From positions 1-64,000 of the forward strand of contig CAWDTA010000003.1 in assembly GCA_963805085.1 (NCBI GenBank): a stretch of DNA of 64,000 nucleotides. The letters run 5' to 3'. Both the position numbers and the translations under genes were made by a program. The notes under the pieces are model-generated. The model was not told the origin of the DNA, did no database searches, and was given only the letters and a program-made list of their open reading frames with translations. Positions within the stretch are counted from its first letter, which is position 1. Each line of letters begins with the position of its first letter. This DNA comes from an uncultured Veillonellaceae bacterium. Lineage in GTDB: Bacteria > Bacillota > Negativicutes > JARBTT01. Positions 58,614 through 64,000 of this stretch are shown in pieces.

Positions 58614-59819
58614 TTAAGATTGGATTGGTCTTGCTTCGAAGGTACCAAAAACGATTGGGCTGCCGTCTTGTACCATATGTTGTCCTTTTGCCCAAACATT
58701 CTTCAAGATAAACTCTTTATTGATTACAAGGAGATCGGCGTCAGAGCCAACCTCAATCGTTCCTTTGGCTGGCCATAATTTGAGAGCTTTTGCTACGTTA
58801 GTTGTGACAACTTGAACGGCATCACTGATGCTGATACCTTCTACTTGGACCATATCACGAACTTCTTCAAGCATGGAAACTTGGCTGGCAACACCTACGC
58901 CGATGGTGTTGCCTTTCTCATCGAAAATTGGCATACTGCCGTTGCCGTCAGAACTCATTGTAATTTGTGTTAATGGAACGCCAGCAGTTAGTGCTTTTTT
59001 CACCGCTTGACTTGGTTTGATTGCTTTTGATGATCCGCTTGCAGGGCTGACACCGGAGGTAATATCCATGAGCCCACCTTTTTTAGCCCATGCAATGCTT
59101 TCATCTAGTAACTTGGCATTACGATTCACGTGGGTTGGTAAGAATTGCGCTTTGGGAATTTCACCATTTGCTGTAATTTCATATAAAAGTTTCATACCAT
59201 CGACTCCATCACCCATATGCATGTCGATGATGCCAGCTTTACCGCTTAACATACCGCCAACTCTTGCTTCAGCAGCTAGTTTTTGATATTCACTTTTGGT
59301 TGGTTGTGCTGAACGATGATCCGACATGGCGATTTCACCGGTACCAATAATTTTATCAATGATAATGATATCTTTGCGTACACTGCCTGTAATTGTTGGG
59401 GTAGGAATTTCATAAGATCCAGTATAAATATAAGTTGAAAGGCCTTCCTCTTCAAGCCCACGTGCTTTGGCAAGTAAACTTTCCATGTGGCGTGTTGTGC
59501 CATCCGTTCCAAGACAGCCAACTAAAGTAGTTACGCCAGAGGTTGTAACTTTAGACAGAACGATTTCTGGAGTTCTGGTTGCATAGCCGCCTTCGCCGCC
59601 GCCACCAATCATATGAACGTGACTATCAATAAAACCAGGCAGTATCGTATGATCAGTCAAGTCGATTTTCGCGCAGTCATAGCCTTGTGGGAGTTCTAAG
59701 TCTTCACCGATCGCAGCAATTTTTGTACCAGCAATTAAAATATCTTGCTTGCCTAGTCCGTTCGGAGCGATAATGCTTGCATTACGTAATAAGGTGAAAA
59801 ATGGTTGTACTTTCGACAT
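58614..59819 (-). CDS. iadA: isoaspartyl dipeptidase (beta-aspartyl peptidase)
   Basis: PGFIDSHVHMIGGGGEGG, GTDG, SDHRS, PTHVNR and SSDGNGS motifs. Confidence 0.95.
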   Translation of the reverse strand: MSKVQPFFTLLRNASIIAPNGLGKQDILIAGTKIAAIGEDLELPQGYDCAKIDLTDHTILPGFIDSHVHMIGGGGEGGYATRTPEIVLSKVTTSGVTTLVGCLGTDGTTRHMESLLAKARGLEEEGLSTYIYTGSYEIPTPTITGSVRKDIIIIDKIIGTGEIAMSDHRSAQPTKSEYQKLAAEARVGGMLSGKAGIIDMHMGDGVDGMKLLYEITANGEIPKAQFLPTHVNRNAKLLDESIAWAKKGGLMDITSGVSPASGSSKAIKPSQAVKKALTAGVPLTQITMSSDGNGSMPIFDEKGNTIGVGVASQVSMLEEVRDMVQVEGISISDAVQVVTTNVAKALKLWPAKGTIEVGSDADLLVINKEFILKNVWAKGQHMVQDGSPIVFGTFEARPIQS

Positions 59820-59868
59820 AAAGATGTCCTCCTCGTATAGTAAAGATTGGTTTAAATCTTATACAGCA

Positions 59869-60357
59869 TTAAAAAAATATTAAAATAAAACGCATTGCCC
59901 AAATAGATAGAAGTGCATTTATTACGCATATGGAAATAATAGCAATGTAATGTTTTGTATTAGCGCCAGAGATGCCTAAGCAGCGTCCGACGTTTTGAAC
60001 AGGATTTCCCATCAGATAAATTGCTGGTACCAGCATAGTTACTTGAGCAGCATCTAAATTTGCATTTGTATAAAGGCCTACAGCAACGCCGATGCCACCG
60101 CCCATACTCATTATGGATGTGACAATAACGGTAGCGGCTTCTCCTGGGAGCCCCCATAAAGCCATGATTGGAGCGCAGACGATACCAATTAATTTTAATA
60201 ATCCTGTGACTTCTAAAACACGAATAATAACAAAAGCCATTACAACATTAGGTAAAAGACTAGTTGTCCCAATTGTAAAACCACGACGGGCGCCTTCAAT
60301 AAACAAATCTAGAATGTTTTTGTTTTGTGTCAGTTCTGTAGATGCTTTAGTTGTCAT
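59869..60357 (-). CDS. yjiG: YjiG-family membrane protein
   Basis: FIEGARRGFTI...PNVVMAF...GLPGEA; upstream of iadA. Confidence 0.88.
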   Translation of the reverse strand: MTTKASTELTQNKNILDLFIEGARRGFTIGTTSLLPNVVMAFVIIRVLEVTGLLKLIGIVCAPIMALWGLPGEAATVIVTSIMSMGGGIGVAVGLYTNANLDAAQVTMLVPAIYLMGNPVQNVGRCLGISGANTKHYIAIISICVINALLSIWAMRFILIFF

Positions 60358-61015
60358 GATTGCTACCTCCTGTTGAAGATTTTTTCAAAACGGCTTTTAG
60401 ATATAAACGCATTAGATTTGCGCCTATGACCTTAAAGATAAGCATAACAATAATTGGCACAATAATTGGTACGAGCATAAAACTGAAAACGGCTGATCCT
60501 GAGGAAAAGTAGTTGGTAATAAAGGCACTGGCACTGGTTTGATAAGATATAATAACAGAACGTTCTTCATCGGATATCTCACCAGTATCTACGAGTTCTT
60601 TTACCATACCAGCTGCAGCATCGGTACTTTGCATATTGGCAATGTTGGATAATGCAGCAACGCCAGGAACACCTAATAGTGGTTTTAGTATAGGTGACAT
60701 TAGTTTTTGTGCTGCTTTTAATCCCCCAAGTCCATCAACAACATTTACGAGACCCAAGGCGAGAACAACGGCGGGGATTAATTCAAAAGCGAATAAGAAG
60801 CCATCTCTTGCACCGCTGCCACCGGCACCGCGAAAGGTAAAAGCCTTCTCGACGCCTTCTATTTTACCAAAAGAGCCATTGAGGACATTGAAGTCGAAAA
60901 CTTTCATCCAGCCATCGCTTGATGAGAAAATACCGGAAAATAATAAAATTGCAAAGAAAAATGCGACATAGCCGGTCCATGGAACTTGTAGGGTACTGTT
61001 GTTGGTTTGTTTCAT
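60347..61015 (-). CDS. yjiH: YjiH-family (Gate domain) membrane protein
   Basis: FDFNVLNGSFG, FRGAGGSGARDGF and QSTDAAAGM motifs. Confidence 0.88.
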   Translation of the reverse strand: MKQTNNSTLQVPWTGYVAFFFAILLFSGIFSSSDGWMKVFDFNVLNGSFGKIEGVEKAFTFRGAGGSGARDGFLFAFELIPAVVLALGLVNVVDGLGGLKAAQKLMSPILKPLLGVPGVAALSNIANMQSTDAAAGMVKELVDTGEISDEERSVIISYQTSASAFITNYFSSGSAVFSFMLVPIIVPIIVMLIFKVIGANLMRLYLKAVLKKSSTGGSNHDN

Positions 61016-61070
61016 AATACGTGGTAGCCTCCTTATTACTTTTTAAATATAGTTACGGTTAATTTATATC

Positions 61071-61085
61071 GCAATTTTCGTGCCA
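61071..61085 (-). promoter_or_regulatory. sigma54 (-24/-12) promoter of yjiH-yjiG-iadA
   Basis: TGGCACGAAAATTGC on the minus strand. Confidence 0.88.
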
Positions 61086-61185
61086 AGTCATATTCTTAAC
61101 GTATTTACCAATATATAGTTGAATTGTAATGTTGTAAAGTTTGTTTTCACGAAAATCTCTAGATATAGGGAGGAATTTTGATTTT

Positions 61186-61240
61186 AAAAGGGAAATGTTA
61201 AAGGGAATGATTAATGTGTCCCTTTAAATATTTCCCTTTT
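61186..61240. promoter_or_regulatory. probable enhancer (UAS) inverted repeat for the adjacent activator
   Basis: AAAAGGGAAATGTTAAAAGGGA...TCCCTTTAAATATTTCCCTTTT, about 100-150 bp from the sigma54 promoter. Confidence 0.6.
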
Positions 61241-61257
61241 AAGAGAGAAGGCTTTTA

Positions 61258-63279
61258 ATGAAAAATTTAGTTGTGATTGCTATGGGGAAAAATACCTCTA
61301 CCGCATTTCGTGAACAATTGCATCGACTGCTAGGCAATAGAGTTAATGTAAATAATTATAATATAGAAGGTAATGTGCTTCCTACCAATATTAAAGCCGA
61401 CCTCGTTTTATTTGCGAGTCAAGCTGCATATAGACGAGCGATCGCCTGTGTGAACAAAACCTGTCCGGTATTAATTGCGCGGCGATCCATCAATTATCAT
61501 GAAGTGAATAAATTATTTGAGATTGAGGCAGGGACTGATGTACTGTTGGTTAATGATTTAGCATCAAGTGCAAATCAAACCATTGCGCTGCTACAGACAT
61601 TGGGGATTGACCATATTAATTATTATCCGTATGCACCGCAAACTTTAAATTATCCTAAATTAAAAATTGCCGTTACTCCTGGAGAAAGAGAACTTGTTCC
61701 GGATTTTGTCGAAGAAATTATTGATATAAAAACACGGCTAATAGACATTACTACTTTGGTAGAAGTGCTGATTCAGCTAAATTTGTTGAGGATATACGCA
61801 GATTTCATGTCCGCAAATTATGTACAAGATATCATTCGTTTAATTAAAAATGACAATCAGATGATTTATGAAAGTAATAAAATTAAGGCGCAATTTGAAA
61901 CTGTTATTGATACAGTTCATGATGGGATTATTGCAATTGATGGTTACGGAAAAATTTCTATATTTAACCCGGTTGCTGAAAAATTATTGAATATAAAAGC
62001 AGAACAGGCAGTAGGATATTCTGTTAATCAAATAACAAATGCTAATCTATTATATATTTTAGATGAAAAAAATAAAATAAAAGAGTCTTTGGTAAAGGTA
62101 AATCGACATTATTTGATCGTTAATATCGCTTATATGCATCCAGAAAATCCGGAATTTGGTCGTGTTTATACATTTAGAGATGTTTCAGAAATTAGGCGTT
62201 TGGAAGAGTCGATAAGGCGCAAGCTGATTCAGGAACAGAAAATCGCCAAATATACATTTTCCCAAGTGGTCGGACAAAGTCCAGTAATTAAGCAGATGTT
62301 AAATATTGCGGAGAAAATGGCGTTATCAAATTCGACGATTTTAATTCAGGGAGAAAGCGGTACTGGTAAAGAAATCATCGCGCAGGGAATTCATAATGCG
62401 TCTCCACGTAGTAGTGGGCCATTTATTGCGGTTAATTTTGCTGCTTTAACGGAAAATTTATTAGAGTCAGAGCTATTTGGTTATGTAGAAGGAGCTTTCA
62501 CCGGTGCTATGCGTGGTGGGGCACCAGGCTTATTTGAAGAAGCCCATAAAGGAACTATTTTTCTCGATGAAATCGGGGATGCTCCTTTGGCTTTCCAGGT
62601 GAAACTATTGCGTGTCTTACAGGAACAACAGATAAGGCGAGTTGGCAGCTCCAAGCTAATTCCGATTGATGTTAGGGTGATAGTCGCGACCAATCGTGAT
62701 TTGAAAGAATTGATCAAAAAAGGAGAGTTTCGTCAGGATCTGTATTATCGGTTAAATGTTTTACCCATTAAAGTCCCACCACTTCGCGAGCGAGGAAAAG
62801 ATATTTTATTATTAGCAAAAGCTTTTTATCAAAATCACGCAAAGGAACGTGGTGATTACGAAGCTGAACAATATTTCGAACAGGTAGCATCTTGCTTTTT
62901 AGAGTATAGTTGGCCAGGCAATATCCGTGAATTGCAAAATGTAGTTGAATATTTAGTAAATGTCTGTCCGGATGCTTTGCCCGAGATCGATCTTTTACCA
63001 GATGAATTTAGAGTGAATTATCAGGACGGATTTTCAGTAAAGAAAATTTATAAAGAAACTGAAGCAGAAATTGCGAAACGAATTTATGCTGAAATTGATT
63101 TAGCAAATAAACAAAATTATTCAATTGGTCGGCGGTCGTTAGCTGAACGATTATCCCTACCAGAAAATCAAGTGCGTTATGTATTGCAGAAAATGCAGGC
63201 TGAGAACCGAGTGATTTTACAAAGAGGTCGTAAAGGGCTAAAAATCAATACGGAGTTTGTGGAAAATAGCATTGATTAA
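61258..63279 (+). CDS. sigma54-dependent enhancer-binding protein (PAS-AAA-HTH)
   Basis: GESGTGKE, ESELFGY, GAFTGA, FLDEIG and WPGNIREL motifs. Confidence 0.95.
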   Translation: MKNLVVIAMGKNTSTAFREQLHRLLGNRVNVNNYNIEGNVLPTNIKADLVLFASQAAYRRAIACVNKTCPVLIARRSINYHEVNKLFEIEAGTDVLLVNDLASSANQTIALLQTLGIDHINYYPYAPQTLNYPKLKIAVTPGERELVPDFVEEIIDIKTRLIDITTLVEVLIQLNLLRIYADFMSANYVQDIIRLIKNDNQMIYESNKIKAQFETVIDTVHDGIIAIDGYGKISIFNPVAEKLLNIKAEQAVGYSVNQITNANLLYILDEKNKIKESLVKVNRHYLIVNIAYMHPENPEFGRVYTFRDVSEIRRLEESIRRKLIQEQKIAKYTFSQVVGQSPVIKQMLNIAEKMALSNSTILIQGESGTGKEIIAQGIHNASPRSSGPFIAVNFAALTENLLESELFGYVEGAFTGAMRGGAPGLFEEAHKGTIFLDEIGDAPLAFQVKLLRVLQEQQIRRVGSSKLIPIDVRVIVATNRDLKELIKKGEFRQDLYYRLNVLPIKVPPLRERGKDILLLAKAFYQNHAKERGDYEAEQYFEQVASCFLEYSWPGNIRELQNVVEYLVNVCPDALPEIDLLPDEFRVNYQDGFSVKKIYKETEAEIAKRIYAEIDLANKQNYSIGRRSLAERLSLPENQVRYVLQKMQAENRVILQRGRKGLKINTEFVENSID

Positions 63280-63674
63280 TGAAAAGAAATTTACATTATT
63301 TACAAAATACAACCAGCACCTTCTTAGGTGCTGGTTTTCATACTATATCAATATAAATCAATAGAACAAAATATCAAATAGAGCGTGCGATATTTAAAAG
63401 AGAAGAGATAAAGGTTTGGCAAGGAAATTGTTCCTTTTGCATTAATTAAACTATTAGAATGTCAGTGATTTTTAGTTTATTAGAGATGCCCATTTTTTTA
63501 TCTAAAAATCTATTGTTATAATTAATTATTTGCTTCTATGTTTTTTACCAAATTTATCTTAAGAAAATACTCCTTTATTACGATAATAATGATGAGTTCT
63601 GTAACTAGAAGGGAATCTTAGTTGAAATAAAATTTATGGATAAATCGTAATAAATTGTAATGGAGGAATATGGT

Positions 63675-64000
63675 ATGAAAATAAGTGGTTCTTCATCAGA
63701 TTATGCGAGTTTACTTTCTAGTTTATCCAGTATGTTGGGGCAACAACAAGCGCAACAAAGTGCCACGACTTCATTTTCAACCGATCAAGAAGCAAGCAGT
63801 GTTTCGTCGGTAACATCGGGTGCGCCGCCTAAAACAAGCGCTCAGTTGTTGCAGGAGCTGGCAGCGTATCTGCAGGCAACGAGTCAAGCCGTAACAACGA
63901 ATACAACATCTTCAACTGTAGAAACAGAGAATGTTCCAGCGGTAAGTTCTGTTACTGCCAAAACAAGTGATGATTTATTGCAAGAACTGGCGCAGTATAT
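63675..64000 (+). CDS. Ser/Thr/Gln-rich protein with internal repeats, runs off the window
   Basis: GGAGG RBS; MKISGSSSDYASLLSSLSSM...; repeat VSSVT..KTS..LLQELA.Y seen twice; no stop before 64000. Confidence 0.75.
   Translation, partial: MKISGSSSDYASLLSSLSSMLGQQQAQQSATTSFSTDQEASSVSSVTSGAPPKTSAQLLQELAAYLQATSQAVTTNTTSSTVETENVPAVSSVTAKTSDDLLQELAQY

Noticed and set aside
63416-63431. Sigma54-like TTGGCAAGGAAATTGT
   Set aside because: It lacks the conserved -12 GC and lies about 240 bp from the next ORF.
1-64000. CRISPR array, tRNA, rRNA or prophage
   Set aside because: No regularly spaced short repeats, structural RNA signatures or phage genes were seen by eye.

Overview
AT-rich chromosomal window, probably from a diderm Firmicute (Negativicutes-like; inferred from TonB-ExbBD, a TonB receptor and a two-partner-secretion exoprotein occurring together with Firmicute-type promoters, IS elements and sigma factors). 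1-15.3 kb: a CDI/polymorphic-toxin locus. It contains a 5'-truncated CdiA-like exoprotein (two TPS domains, AHH nuclease tip preceded by an L27/Prp-like DLQLFA motif), its immunity gene, two orphan cassettes, two copies of an unannotated 55-aa Cys-rich gene, and a REP-flanked RAYT transposase with an IS110 inserted in its ribosome-binding site. 15.5-32.8 kb: metabolic genes, a Fur-boxed iron uptake cluster, a sia-like c-di-GMP operon and a GH18 pseudogene. 33-39.2 kb: a PPC-repeat protein, three tandem mosaic paralogues of unknown function and a TcdR/BotR/UviA-like sigma factor. 39.4-64 kb: yidC, transporters and regulators, a second IS110 (also in a Shine-Dalgarno), an MCP, a binding protein/kinase/regulator trio before glpABC, and a sigma54-controlled yjiH-yjiG-iadA operon. 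The best-supported unusual result is that both IS110 elements have readable bridge-RNA-like left ends whose target guides match their own insertion sites, and both sites are Shine-Dalgarno sequences. All family calls come from motif recognition by eye; no searches were run. No rRNA, tRNA or CRISPR array was seen.
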